Assembly (NCBI GenBank): GCA_041739085.1
Contig: JBGSON010000014.1
Span: 13,410 to 77,409, forward strand
Source of the DNA: Candidatus Altimarinota bacterium
Lineage (GTDB): Bacteria; Patescibacteriota; Gracilibacteria; CAIRYL01
Length of the DNA stretch: 64,000 bases
Reading direction: 5' to 3'
A program made the position numbers and the translations under genes. This document shows, one piece after another, positions 18,271 through 27,609 of this stretch; position 1 is the stretch's first letter; every line of letters starts with the position of its first letter. The notes beneath the pieces were generated by a model that saw nothing but the letters and a program-made list of their open reading frames with translations, was not told where the DNA came from and searched no databases.

Positions 18271-18738
18271 CTATACACAATTCCCGGTGAAGCTCACGAT
18301 GACTGTCCTCTCCCTTCCCTGATCGAGTTCAAAAAAGAGGATCCTCTGCCATCTCCCGAGTCTCATTTTCCCGTTTTCCACGGGGATCGTTTCCGATGCT
18401 GATCCGAGGAGCATCTGCGCAACATGGGAATGGCCGTTGAGACACTCATGGCCCTTGATCGGACACATCGTCTTCGGATCGCGGACGCTCAGATCATTAT
18501 GAACATATTCCTTTTCCGGGCTGCATAATTCCTCAAAAAGGATTCTCTTCAGATCCTGAAAAAATCCTTTCTCTGACTCGTTGATCTTCAGGGCAGTCGT
18601 TGTATGAGTGGTGTACACATTGACGAGACCATTGTGCGCGGAATGTCTTTTCAGAAAATCCTCAACGCTTTCCGTGAGATCATGGATATCAAAGGGGTCT
18701 GCCGTATGAATGGTGATTATTTCAGAAAAAAATTCCAT
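18271..18738 (-). CDS. YjbQ/UPF0047-family protein (secondary thiamine-phosphate synthase family)
   Basis: VYTTHTTTALKINESE, GHSHVAQMLLGSASETIPVENGKMRLGRWQRILFFELD. I use the internal ATG at 18738 (MEFFSEI), because the longer track ORF would overlap uppS. Confidence 0.8.
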   Translation of the reverse strand: MEFFSEIITIHTADPFDIHDLTESVEDFLKRHSAHNGLVNVYTTHTTTALKINESEKGFFQDLKRILFEELCSPEKEYVHNDLSVRDPKTMCPIKGHECLNGHSHVAQMLLGSASETIPVENGKMRLGRWQRILFFELDQGRERTVIVSFTGNCV

Positions 18739-18769
18739 GCTGTCTTCCTGATTGAGAGATGCTTGTGAT

Positions 18770-19444
18770 CTACTTTCCTGTTCTCCGGTCACGATTATAG
18801 AACCTGTTGAGGATGGATTCCATCTTTTTTTTCGTGAAGTCGGGAAGGTATTCCGGTTCAAAAAAGAACTCCGCATATGCCGCCTGCCAAAGGCAGAAGT
18901 TCGAAAGTCTCATTTCACCTCCGCTCCGGATAATAATGTCGAGGCTGGGGACTTTCAGATTCTCGAGGAAAGATTTTTCCATTTTTTTTGTATTTTGAAA
19001 AGCCGTTTTTTCTATGTGCTCGATCGACTGAAAGATCTCATCATGACTCCCGTAATCAAGACAAAGATACACGGTGAACTTTCTATTCTTCGAACTCACC
19101 GTTTCCAGTTCTTCGATCTTCGTTCGCAGGGATCTCATGATTTTTGTCCTCCTCCCCGCCCATACGAGACGGATCCGTTTTTTCATGAATTCATCTCTCC
19201 ATCCGTCGATCATTTCGTGATAGAGACGAAAAAGAGACTTTAGTTCCAGAGGGCTCCTCTTCCAGTTCTCCGTTGAGAACGCATAGACAGCGAGAGCATT
19301 AATATCATCCCGGTCATAGCAGAACGGGAGAACATGATCACTCACAGCCCGGAATCCGGCTTCATGGCCTTTTGCGGGAGACAGTCCTCTCTGCTTTGCC
19401 CATCTCCTGTTTCCGTCCGCGATGAATCCGATTTTGAGTTTCAT
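18770..19444 (-). CDS. uppS: isoprenyl transferase (undecaprenyl diphosphate synthase)
   Basis: IGFIADGNRRWAKQRGL, YAFSTENWKRSPLEL, IIRSGGEMRLSNFCLWQAAYAEFFF. Confidence 0.9.
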   Translation of the reverse strand: MKLKIGFIADGNRRWAKQRGLSPAKGHEAGFRAVSDHVLPFCYDRDDINALAVYAFSTENWKRSPLELKSLFRLYHEMIDGWRDEFMKKRIRLVWAGRRTKIMRSLRTKIEELETVSSKNRKFTVYLCLDYGSHDEIFQSIEHIEKTAFQNTKKMEKSFLENLKVPSLDIIIRSGGEMRLSNFCLWQAAYAEFFFEPEYLPDFTKKKMESILNRFYNRDRRTGK

Positions 19445-19530
19445 GGAGAAAAAAACATCTCGTTCAGTATACCCATTCCTTCAAACGAAGTGAATCGTTC
19501 AGGAAAGAGAGCGTGACTCGTATCATGGAA

Positions 19531-20577
19531 CTAAACAATAATCACCCGATGACCGTCAGCAACATTTCTCGACGGAATGATCTTCGTTCCTCCGACGCCA
19601 TTAAAATAAATCGCATTGGACGCGTGAGCAAAGTCAGTGATGATCGCGGAGCTTCCTGTGTTCTCAACAAATGAGAGGCACGCTTCAAGTTTCGGCCTCA
19701 TGCTGCCGGCTTTCAGCTGGGAGAGGATATCCCTCCCTTCATCGAGTGTGATTTCCGGAATAATCGGAGCTTCTTCGCCATGCTTTTCCCACTCCACCGG
19801 ATCCGCAACTCCCTGAGCGGCAGTGAGGATCGCGAGAAGACTCGCATTAATGACGGTAGCGATGAGCGCGGTGGTCCGGTCCTTATCGATTACTGCCTCA
19901 ACGCCGATGAGGCCTTTCTCCGTCTTTATTACCGGAATCCCGCCGCCACCGCCGCAAATCGTGAGATACCTCAAATGGACGAGATCCTTGATGAGCTCGG
20001 CATTGATGACCTCGACGGGGGACGGTGAAGGGACGACCCTCCGGAGGTGCCTCCCCTCTCCTTTATCTTTTCCGTTTCCGATTCTTCGGATTACCCACTC
20101 GGGATGAAGAGACGTTGCTTCTTCCGCCTCTAAATCTGAATACCAGGGTCCGATTGGCTTCGTGAATTCATGAAGTTCCGGATCATTTTCGTCCACCCGG
20201 ACCATACAGAAGAGAGAAGCAATCTTCTGATGCACTGATGATCGGTCTGCAAGAAATCTACGGATCTGGCGTTCGAACATATATGCGATCTGTCCTTGAG
20301 TTTTTGCTCCGAGGACATCAAGGGGATCTTCTTCCAGCATCTCCTTTCCTGCATTGTTTCTGAGAGCCTCGAATCCGACCTGCGGTCCGTTTCCGTGGGT
20401 GAGGACAAGCTGGTGGATACCGCCATGAAAGAGTTCTGCGGCGAGATCGCATGCCGGGATTGATGCTTCCTGCTGGCCGGCGCTGCTCTGGCTTCTCCTG
20501 TCTGATCCTTTTACAAGAGCATTTCCTCCGAAGGAAATGACGAGTGGCTCTCTCAGTCCTGAATGATGCTTGTTCAT
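19531..20577 (-). CDS. arcC: carbamate kinase
   Basis: LVISFGGNAL, LTHGNGPQVG, TICGGGGGIPV. Confidence 0.85.
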   Translation of the reverse strand: MNKHHSGLREPLVISFGGNALVKGSDRRSQSSAGQQEASIPACDLAAELFHGGIHQLVLTHGNGPQVGFEALRNNAGKEMLEEDPLDVLGAKTQGQIAYMFERQIRRFLADRSSVHQKIASLFCMVRVDENDPELHEFTKPIGPWYSDLEAEEATSLHPEWVIRRIGNGKDKGEGRHLRRVVPSPSPVEVINAELIKDLVHLRYLTICGGGGGIPVIKTEKGLIGVEAVIDKDRTTALIATVINASLLAILTAAQGVADPVEWEKHGEEAPIIPEITLDEGRDILSQLKAGSMRPKLEACLSFVENTGSSAIITDFAHASNAIYFNGVGGTKIIPSRNVADGHRVIIV

Positions 20578-20647
20578 TATGGATGAATAATTATTAAGGG
20601 AACTACTCTATGTGGCCCTCTTCTTGAAGTCAAGGGAGATGAAATAG

Positions 20648-22654
20648 CTACGATTCTCCATTCACATCCCAGCTGCTTGTGAATGAGTTCGGAGGCTTTC
20701 TTGTCGTTGCCTGCTCAATGACATCGTTCAATGCACCGCTTTCAACCGCTTGGGCAAGCGCATTGACGACATGAGGTGGAAGATATTTGCATTTCCTTAT
20801 CTGAAATTCAAAAATCACTCGTGCTTGTCGCAGGGTTTCTGATGCGAGGAGGAAAATATGGAATTCGCTTTTCTTCATAAATTTTTTCAATGCCGACTCA
20901 AGAGACTTGAGAAACAGGGAGTGGTTACCGATCCCTTTCCTTTCATCATATTGGTATTCATCACATGCCTTTCGGAGACCTTCCATAAAACTCCCAATTC
21001 TTTGTACCATTTCCTGATCCGTATCACTGATCGCCGGAAATATCGTCGCATTGCAGTAAGCACTGATCTTTGAATATAATGCCCTCCTGTCGAATTCATG
21101 AAGCGCCTTCTCCGGAGTCCAGTCCTGCTCAGAGATCCTCTTCATTTCTTTGAGTGCCACACTTACGATGAGTTCCCGAGCGTGTGGCTCAGTATATGGT
21201 CTGTCCGCTGCGATTATTGCTTCGAATTTGTCAGCAACCGCAATGATCTGATATTCAACAGGAAATTCAGTGAGGCTCCGTCCTTTTGGATAACCTGATC
21301 CGTCCACGTGTTCGTGATGGGCAAGCGCGGCGGAATCACTTTGAGATCCATCCTTGATCGACTGGAGGATCTCATGCCCGAAGACTGTATGACGCTGCAT
21401 AGTTGCAAATTCCGCATCTGTGAGCGGTCCTCTCTTCTTCAGTATCCGATCATCAATGACGACCTTTCCGGCATCATGAGTCAGCCCCTGAAAATAAATA
21501 TCCTCCTCTTTCGCTTTGCGTTCCCGCTCACTCATTCCAATGAATAATCCGAGGACACCCGCAATAGCGACCGCTATCTTCCCCACCCTGGGACTATGCC
21601 CCATCGTTGTCGTATCCTTGAGTCCAAAAATCGTCTCCAGCATTTTTACCGTCAGGTCATGTCGCTCTCTCTGTCCTCTCTTCTCCTCGAGAAGGTCGAT
21701 GACGACAATAGCGAGTTCTCTCATAAATGCCGCTTCTTCATCCGAAATCGGTCTTTTCTCCAAAGTATTATCTACTGCGATGAATTCCCTTCGAAGTCCG
21801 GAACTGACATCCGAAACATAGTCATATCCTATGTCATCCATTCCTTCCTGAAAAACGGGTTTTTCTTCCAGGTCTACAGGTTTCAATGTCGCTTCATCGT
21901 CTTCATAGATCATGGTCTCTTCATCCCAGATGACCGCAAGAAGTCCATAGTAGGCAGAAGTATTTTCGATTGGGTTTTCGATATTTCCCTTTTGAATGAT
22001 TGATACAGAAGCAATGGCCTTTCCCCGCAATTTATTTTCAACACAAACGCCCGAAATCATTTTTCCCTTCTGGTGAATCGAAACGATTTCTCCGTGCTGG
22101 ACATCGGATAACGTGGAAAGCGGAGCTCCTCTCCTGCTATAAATATCATAAGATCCCGGCCGGAAAAAATCGCACGCTATCTTTTCTCCTTTCGCAGGAT
22201 ATATTCCCTTTCCTGCCCCATGGATGTCCAGTGCAGCTCCAGCGGTGAGAATGATCCTCGACAGACCCGATTCGACTTCCTCCTGCTTCTCAACTTCTTC
22301 ATAGTAGGTGACGATATCTCCTCCGATCCTCTTTGCAATAAGTTCGAGGATTTTTTGAAGAATGACATCCGGATCGTTTTCGATGATATCCCGGAGAAGC
22401 TGAACCGTGTCTCCGAGCATGCTTGTTTTCATGAGGGATTCAGCATCCCTTTGTTGAAGAGCGGAAAAGAGCCGGGCATGTGTCTCATCCATTTCAAAGA
22501 CTATTCCCAGTACCTCTTGAGCAGCATTATGCAATGCATCTCTCATTCGTTCTGGCGAAATCTCTTCTTGTCCCTCAGTTGTTTTGAGACTCATCCGTTC
22601 CAGGATGCCTGCAATCTCCTTTGCCTTTGGATGTGGTGATTCAATTTTCGTCAC
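20648..22654 (-). CDS. HD-GYP domain protein with a long N-terminal sensor-like region
   Basis: HSPRVGKIAVAIA, GLTHDAGKV, HHEHVDGSGYPKG. GTG start at 22654. Confidence 0.8.
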   Translation of the reverse strand: MTKIESPHPKAKEIAGILERMSLKTTEGQEEISPERMRDALHNAAQEVLGIVFEMDETHARLFSALQQRDAESLMKTSMLGDTVQLLRDIIENDPDVILQKILELIAKRIGGDIVTYYEEVEKQEEVESGLSRIILTAGAALDIHGAGKGIYPAKGEKIACDFFRPGSYDIYSRRGAPLSTLSDVQHGEIVSIHQKGKMISGVCVENKLRGKAIASVSIIQKGNIENPIENTSAYYGLLAVIWDEETMIYEDDEATLKPVDLEEKPVFQEGMDDIGYDYVSDVSSGLRREFIAVDNTLEKRPISDEEAAFMRELAIVVIDLLEEKRGQRERHDLTVKMLETIFGLKDTTTMGHSPRVGKIAVAIAGVLGLFIGMSERERKAKEEDIYFQGLTHDAGKVVIDDRILKKRGPLTDAEFATMQRHTVFGHEILQSIKDGSQSDSAALAHHEHVDGSGYPKGRSLTEFPVEYQIIAVADKFEAIIAADRPYTEPHARELIVSVALKEMKRISEQDWTPEKALHEFDRRALYSKISAYCNATIFPAISDTDQEMVQRIGSFMEGLRKACDEYQYDERKGIGNHSLFLKSLESALKKFMKKSEFHIFLLASETLRQARVIFEFQIRKCKYLPPHVVNALAQAVESGALNDVIEQATTRKPPNSFTSSWDVNGES

Positions 22655-22808
22655 ATCATTGCGATACCGTTTTGTGGTGGAATTCAGAGTCCACTATAGA
22701 AGAGAATTTTTTTTATTGGCAATCATAATACTGCAGTTCGGTCAAGTTCTTGAAATGCGGTGGAAATATCGTGATGATGTATCTTGAAAAATTGCATTTC
22801 TCTTCATC

Positions 22809-23489
22809 ATGAAAATCCCTGAAGTCACGGCAAATGAAATGCGTGAAATCGACCGGAGAGCGATCGAGGAATACAACATCCCTGCACTCTCACTTATGGA
22901 GAATGCCGGACAACGTTCTGCAGAGTTCATCATACGCCACTATCCGCAGTCGGAGCGTATCACCATCCTCGCCGGAAAAGGGAATAACGGAGGCGATGGT
23001 CTCGTTGCAGCACTCTCTCTTCAGAAATCGGGAAAAACAGTGGAGATCGTCCTTGCTGATGATAAGCTGAAAGGCATTCCCCTTCTCCAGCTCCAGCGAG
23101 TAGAAGAGTTAAAAATCCCCGTTCTCCATTCCTTCCGCCAGAAGCCTGATATCATCATCGATGCTCTTCTCGGGTATAGTTCCCGCGGCATTCCACGGGG
23201 ACGGATCGGAGAACTCATCACGGAATCGAAAAAATATCCGGCGGAAATAATTTCTCTCGATATTCCGTCAGGATTCGATCTCGACACGGGTACATTTTAC
23301 TCGCCAAGTTTTCAGGGAGCGGTTGTTCTCACTTTTGGTCTCCCCAAAAAATATATGACGGGGAATCCGGGGATCAAAAAACTCTATCTCATCGATATCG
23401 GTTTTCCGCAACCCATTTTTCAGTCCTTTGGGATTCAGTATCCGGAAGATATTTTCGCGCGGGGGTCTTTTAATGCGGAAATCTTTTGA
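22809..23489 (+). CDS. nnrE: NAD(P)H-hydrate epimerase (YjeF N-terminal domain)
   Basis: MREIDRRAIEEYNIPALSLMENAG, ILAGKGNNGGDGLVAA. Confidence 0.85.
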   Translation: MKIPEVTANEMREIDRRAIEEYNIPALSLMENAGQRSAEFIIRHYPQSERITILAGKGNNGGDGLVAALSLQKSGKTVEIVLADDKLKGIPLLQLQRVEELKIPVLHSFRQKPDIIIDALLGYSSRGIPRGRIGELITESKKYPAEIISLDIPSGFDLDTGTFYSPSFQGAVVLTFGLPKKYMTGNPGIKKLYLIDIGFPQPIFQSFGIQYPEDIFARGSFNAEIF

Positions 23490-23724
23490 GCGGAAAAACT
23501 GAAAAGGATATAATGAGTATAGACTCTGCACTGATCGTTACCTCCTTGTCAGTTAACTTCTCTACAACTATTTCTGAGGGGGAAACAGGTCTTTGGGCAC
23601 GCTGATGCGTTCTCTCGTCCTTCCCCACTTTGTTTCCCAGGGAAACAATTGCAAGGGACGAACGACAGGGGCGGAGTTTTCCCTTAAAGACTTTCTCCAG
23701 ATACACTCTTTCATTCACGACACA

Positions 23725-24750
23725 ATGGAATATGGGGAGCATCAAAACGATGAGAAAAACATCCATCAGCCGAAATCTTCGACCGGGATCACCGCTTTCT
23801 GCCATAAGCACAACCGTCCCTATGACCCTGAATCCTCTGATGGATGCGTCCTCTGCACATCGAGCCATCTCTTCTCGAAGCACGAACGCTGCCACAGTAT
23901 TCTTCCGAGGTTCTTTCTTCCCGTGCTGATTTTGCTCTTCTTCTTCGGGGCCGGGTATGTTCTCGTCTCATTTTATCTGAATACCTCAACGCCACCGTCT
24001 CCGATAAGCGAAAAAATCGATCCCGAGACGGAGAAAGACCTCATCCTTCAGATCGAAGACATCCTGTATGATGAACCTTCCATCGCGTTCGAAAGAGGAG
24101 CTCAGCTCGAAGCGATTACTACTGAACTGGCAGGAGATGTGCGCTCGTATGATTCTGATTTCTCCATGAAAGAAAGGACAGAGGCATTTTTCTCCTATTC
24201 TTCTCTCATTGGATCGATGCTGGAAGTCGGATATGGAGGGATCGATATCGAAACAGCGAGAAGAGAATGGGAGAAACTGAGGGATTCGGTCTTCACGGAG
24301 GCGGAATGGTTCCGGTCTTCTTCCCCGCTCAGTGCAGGGGACGATAGAGAAGTCCCCCTCGCGTCCGACGCAGAGGCGAATTCTGTCTCGATCGAATCGT
24401 TTGATTACACGATCCGCCGTCTCGAATCACTCCTGGCACTGGGAAAGGAAACCGGACTCAGTTACGATGCTGAAAATGACACAGGCGGATGGGATGCCTT
24501 CCGGGATGACTGGGATAGCGAGATTGAGGAACTCCGAAGGATCTTTCCCGATGCTCCTCTTTCAAATGATGATGAGCAGATCATGAAGTCATACATTTTT
24601 CTTACGAACGCCCTCCTGGAACTTTCATCGTTCTCCTCCTCAGTGAGCGGAGAAATCATCCCCGACGTGCATGAGAGAGAGGCTCATCTCGATCTGGCCG
24701 GGGATCACATTAAAAAAGCCCGTGAACATCTCATGCTGCTTTCTAAGTAG
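23725..24750 (+). CDS. hypothetical membrane-anchored protein (CxxH..CxxC N-terminus, one TM segment, acidic C-terminal domain)
   Basis: MEYGEHQ..CHKHNRPYDPESSDGCVLC, TM segment FLPVLILLFFFGAGYVLVSFYL. The track ORF starts at 23593; I prefer the ATG at 23725. Confidence 0.55.
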   Translation: MEYGEHQNDEKNIHQPKSSTGITAFCHKHNRPYDPESSDGCVLCTSSHLFSKHERCHSILPRFFLPVLILLFFFGAGYVLVSFYLNTSTPPSPISEKIDPETEKDLILQIEDILYDEPSIAFERGAQLEAITTELAGDVRSYDSDFSMKERTEAFFSYSSLIGSMLEVGYGGIDIETARREWEKLRDSVFTEAEWFRSSSPLSAGDDREVPLASDAEANSVSIESFDYTIRRLESLLALGKETGLSYDAENDTGGWDAFRDDWDSEIEELRRIFPDAPLSNDDEQIMKSYIFLTNALLELSSFSSSVSGEIIPDVHEREAHLDLAGDHIKKAREHLMLLSK

Positions 24751-24821
24751 CGTCATTCATCCCTCATCCATTGCGGAATGAGAGGAAACCGTTACAATGA
24801 AGACTCTTCTCTCCCCCCTCC

Positions 24822-25409
24822 ATGACTCTGAATGAAGAATCCGCGTTTCAAGGCTCTGAAGGAGAACTCATCCTCTACAAGGAATTCCTTTCTCATTCCC
24901 TCGATTTCAAATCCACGATCCTCAAGAAAAACAAATCAGAGGAATATTGTATATATGTCTATGCATGGAGAAGTGGTGCGACGTCGGATGAACACTCCGA
25001 TTCCTTTTGGGAACGGATATATGGACCGATCAGTCTCGAGAATGCTGAAATGTCGCAAAAAATAGCACTCGAACAGCTTCGGATCTTTTCCGGGGAACTC
25101 ATCGATGGAAGAAAAACCGCAAAAGACATCGAGAGACTGCGAGAGATTTCCGGGGATGAGAATGCCGAATATCTCGCTCCGCTCTCATTCCCTGTGAAAC
25201 AATATGTGCAGGGGAAAACGGGAGAGGAAAAAATCCCTGTTTCGGCGACAACGCTCGTGATCGCGAATGACCTCTTCTACATAGAGCACGGGAAAAATTG
25301 GTCGATCGGGACTCAGGATGACGAGAAGACGATTCACTGCTTCAGGTCCTATTCCTCTCTTGAAGAGGCGATTCATGATGTTCATAAAGCGGACTGCAGT
25401 TGTTCATAG
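24822..25409 (+). CDS. hypothetical protein
   Basis: 195-aa ORF on the same strand as its neighbours. No recognisable motifs. Confidence 0.5.
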   Translation: MTLNEESAFQGSEGELILYKEFLSHSLDFKSTILKKNKSEEYCIYVYAWRSGATSDEHSDSFWERIYGPISLENAEMSQKIALEQLRIFSGELIDGRKTAKDIERLREISGDENAEYLAPLSFPVKQYVQGKTGEEKIPVSATTLVIANDLFYIEHGKNWSIGTQDDEKTIHCFRSYSSLEEAIHDVHKADCSCS

Positions 25410-25583
25410 GCTCCCGTTAATGATTCAGAGAGAATCAGCAATTTTTATTGGTGGATATGACTCCGGAAGGCTTTTCTGAACCCACAACATTGTGGTTGAG
25501 GATTGTTCGGTGATGACAGACGCCGAGATGATTATTCTCCCCAAATCAAAAGAGATGAGATATGATGAAGAAAATATGGATTT

Positions 25584-26942
25584 ATGGAGCAGACTGCTAT
25601 TTCCATCGTCAAAACCCTGAAGAAAGCCGGACACACTGCGTATTTTGCCGGAGGATACGTCCGCGACATTCTTCTCGATCATGAACCTGATGACATTGAT
25701 ATCGCCACGAACGCGCGTCCTGAGGAGATCGAAAAGCTCTTTCGGAAAACATATTCCATCGGAAAGCATTTCGGCGTCATCCTCGTCGAGGAAAACGGCC
25801 ATCATTTCGAGATCGCGACCTTCCGGAGCGATTCGGGATATTCCGATGGAAGGAGGCCGAACGCAGTCCTTTTCACCACTGCCGAAGAAGATGCACTCCG
25901 GAGGGATTTTACGATCAACGGGATGTTTTTTGATCCCATCTCCCGCAAGATCCACGACTATGTCGGAGGTGAAAAAGATCTCCAGATGAAAACACTCCGC
26001 TTCATCAGAGACCCGGATGAAAGGATCAACGAGGACCACCTGAGAATACTACGCGCAGTGCGCTTTAAGAACCGATTCGGATTCACCTATGACAAAAAGA
26101 GCGAAGCCGCTCTCAAAAAGAATGCCGGCCTTATTTCACGGGTATCTGTGGAAAGGATCCAGGATGAACTCACGAAAATGCTTGTGAGGCCAACGAGAAA
26201 AAATTCCTTCGAGGACCTTTTCCATTTCCAGATCCTCCATGTCATCCTCCCGGAACTCCTGGAACTGAAGAACATCCCCCAGCCGGAAAATTTTCACGCC
26301 GAGGGCGATGCCTTTATCCATACGATGCTCGTGATCCAAGAGCTCCCCGAAAAACCGAGTCCCGAGCTCGCATGGGCCGGTCTCTTCCATGACCTCGGGA
26401 AAGCGGAAACCCTTACCTTTGAGGGGAGCCGCATCCGCTTCCCCTATCACGCGGAAGCCGGAGAAAAAATCGCGAAAAAAATATTGAAACGACTGAAATT
26501 CAGCAAAACATCCGAGTGGCATATTCTCTGGCTCATTAAATATCACCATCTCTTTGATGAATGGGAACAGATGAAATGGCATACGAAAATCCGGTATTTT
26601 GACAATCCGTTCTTCGACGACCTCATCCATCTCCATCGCGCAGATCTCTTCGGGTGCATCCCCCTCATCCCGGATTACCACAAACTCGGGGAAGAAAAAC
26701 TGAAGACCATCACCGAAGAATATGAGCGCGCCCATTTTATGAACCTCCTCCCTTCGGCCATGCCGGAACACCTGAGCGGGAATGAGATAATGGAAATCCT
26801 TTCCCTCTCTCCCGGATGGCAAGTCGGCGAAGTGAAGAAAAATCTCCGCGACGCGCAGCTCATGGGAGAGGTGAAAACGAAGAAAGGAGCGATCGCGTGG
26901 GTGAAGAGGAAATACAGGAAGAATGAGGAAGTCGGGAAGTAA
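25584..26942 (+). CDS. cca: CCA-adding tRNA nucleotidyltransferase with an HD domain
   Basis: YFAGGYVRDILL..DDIDIAT, EIATFRSD, RRDFTINGMF, and GLFHDLGK in the HD domain. Confidence 0.85.
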   Translation: MEQTAISIVKTLKKAGHTAYFAGGYVRDILLDHEPDDIDIATNARPEEIEKLFRKTYSIGKHFGVILVEENGHHFEIATFRSDSGYSDGRRPNAVLFTTAEEDALRRDFTINGMFFDPISRKIHDYVGGEKDLQMKTLRFIRDPDERINEDHLRILRAVRFKNRFGFTYDKKSEAALKKNAGLISRVSVERIQDELTKMLVRPTRKNSFEDLFHFQILHVILPELLELKNIPQPENFHAEGDAFIHTMLVIQELPEKPSPELAWAGLFHDLGKAETLTFEGSRIRFPYHAEAGEKIAKKILKRLKFSKTSEWHILWLIKYHHLFDEWEQMKWHTKIRYFDNPFFDDLIHLHRADLFGCIPLIPDYHKLGEEKLKTITEEYERAHFMNLLPSAMPEHLSGNEIMEILSLSPGWQVGEVKKNLRDAQLMGEVKTKKGAIAWVKRKYRKNEEVGK

Positions 26943-26970
26943 GAAGTAGGGATTACGCAACCCCTACTTC
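26943..26970 (+). terminator. hairpin GAAGTAGGG-(10 nt)-CCCTACTTC immediately after the cca stop
   Basis: 9-bp perfect stem followed by a pyrimidine-rich tract. There is no clean U-run, so this is only a moderate call. Confidence 0.4.
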
Positions 26971-27030
26971 CTAATTCCTATTTCCCAATTCCTACTTCCT
27001 CATTCTTCCTTCTCCTCCCTCCCCTTCTTC
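26964..27030. repeat. degenerate tandem heptamers CTAnTTC decaying into a poly-pyrimidine run
   Basis: CTACTTC CTAATTC CTATTTC CCAATTC CTACTTC CTCATTC TTCCTTC TCCTCCC TCCCCTT, read in phase from 26964. Confidence 0.7.
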
Positions 27031-27144
27031 TAGAAAAACATTTTTCCGGGAAACGCACTTCTCTTCCGTGCTCCTCCCTGGCTTTTCTCTTGCCCCGTGA
27101 GCTGAAAACGGGTACAGTTTCAATACGTTAAACGCGATGGACGA

Positions 27145-27606
27145 ATGGCAGTGATGATCAGAATGGCGCAAGTGGCAAAACACTTGGGAATAAGTTCCCA
27201 AGATTTAAGAAAGCTTCTCCTCGAGGTGAATCTTGGCGTGAAAGCGACTGATCGCGAGGTCGACGAAAATCTTGCCGCAGGAATCGTCCGTTTCGCATCA
27301 CGCCGTCTCAAGATCAAATGCGATCCCCTCATCAAGTATGATGAAAAAGTAGTTGATGATGAGGAGACAGCAGGACCGCAAGAAGAGGGAGAGGAAAAAG
27401 AAAAAAAACTCTCTTCTGCGCTCAATCAGCTCCATGATATTGCAGAAAAATCAAAAAAGGACATTGTAAGAAAACGGGAGGAAGACCGGATCCGCATAGA
27501 AAAAGAAAAGAAGGACAAGGAAATCGAGGAAGAGAAATCGAAGAAAAAACTTTCGATACTGAGAAAGATCGAGATATCTCCTGAAGCCGCGGCAGCAGCA
27601 AAGTAA
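27145..27606 (+). CDS. infB: IF-2 N-terminal fragment (IF2_N-like domain plus a Lys/Glu-rich linker), ending at an in-frame TAA
   Basis: IRMAQVAKHLGISSQDLRKLLLEVNLGV resembles the first IF2_N domain. It is in the same frame as the main infB ORF, separated by AAG TAA AAA ATG. Confidence 0.65.
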   Translation: MAVMIRMAQVAKHLGISSQDLRKLLLEVNLGVKATDREVDENLAAGIVRFASRRLKIKCDPLIKYDEKVVDDEETAGPQEEGEEKEKKLSSALNQLHDIAEKSKKDIVRKREEDRIRIEKEKKDKEIEEEKSKKKLSILRKIEISPEAAAAAK

Positions 27607-27609
27607 AAA

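Noticed and set aside
23470-23895. 141-aa minus-strand ORF overlapping the nnrE end and the start of the following plus-strand gene.
   Set aside because: It conflicts with a co-directional plus-strand gene series, has no motifs, and the plus-strand ORF continues for about 340 aa with a clear TM segment.
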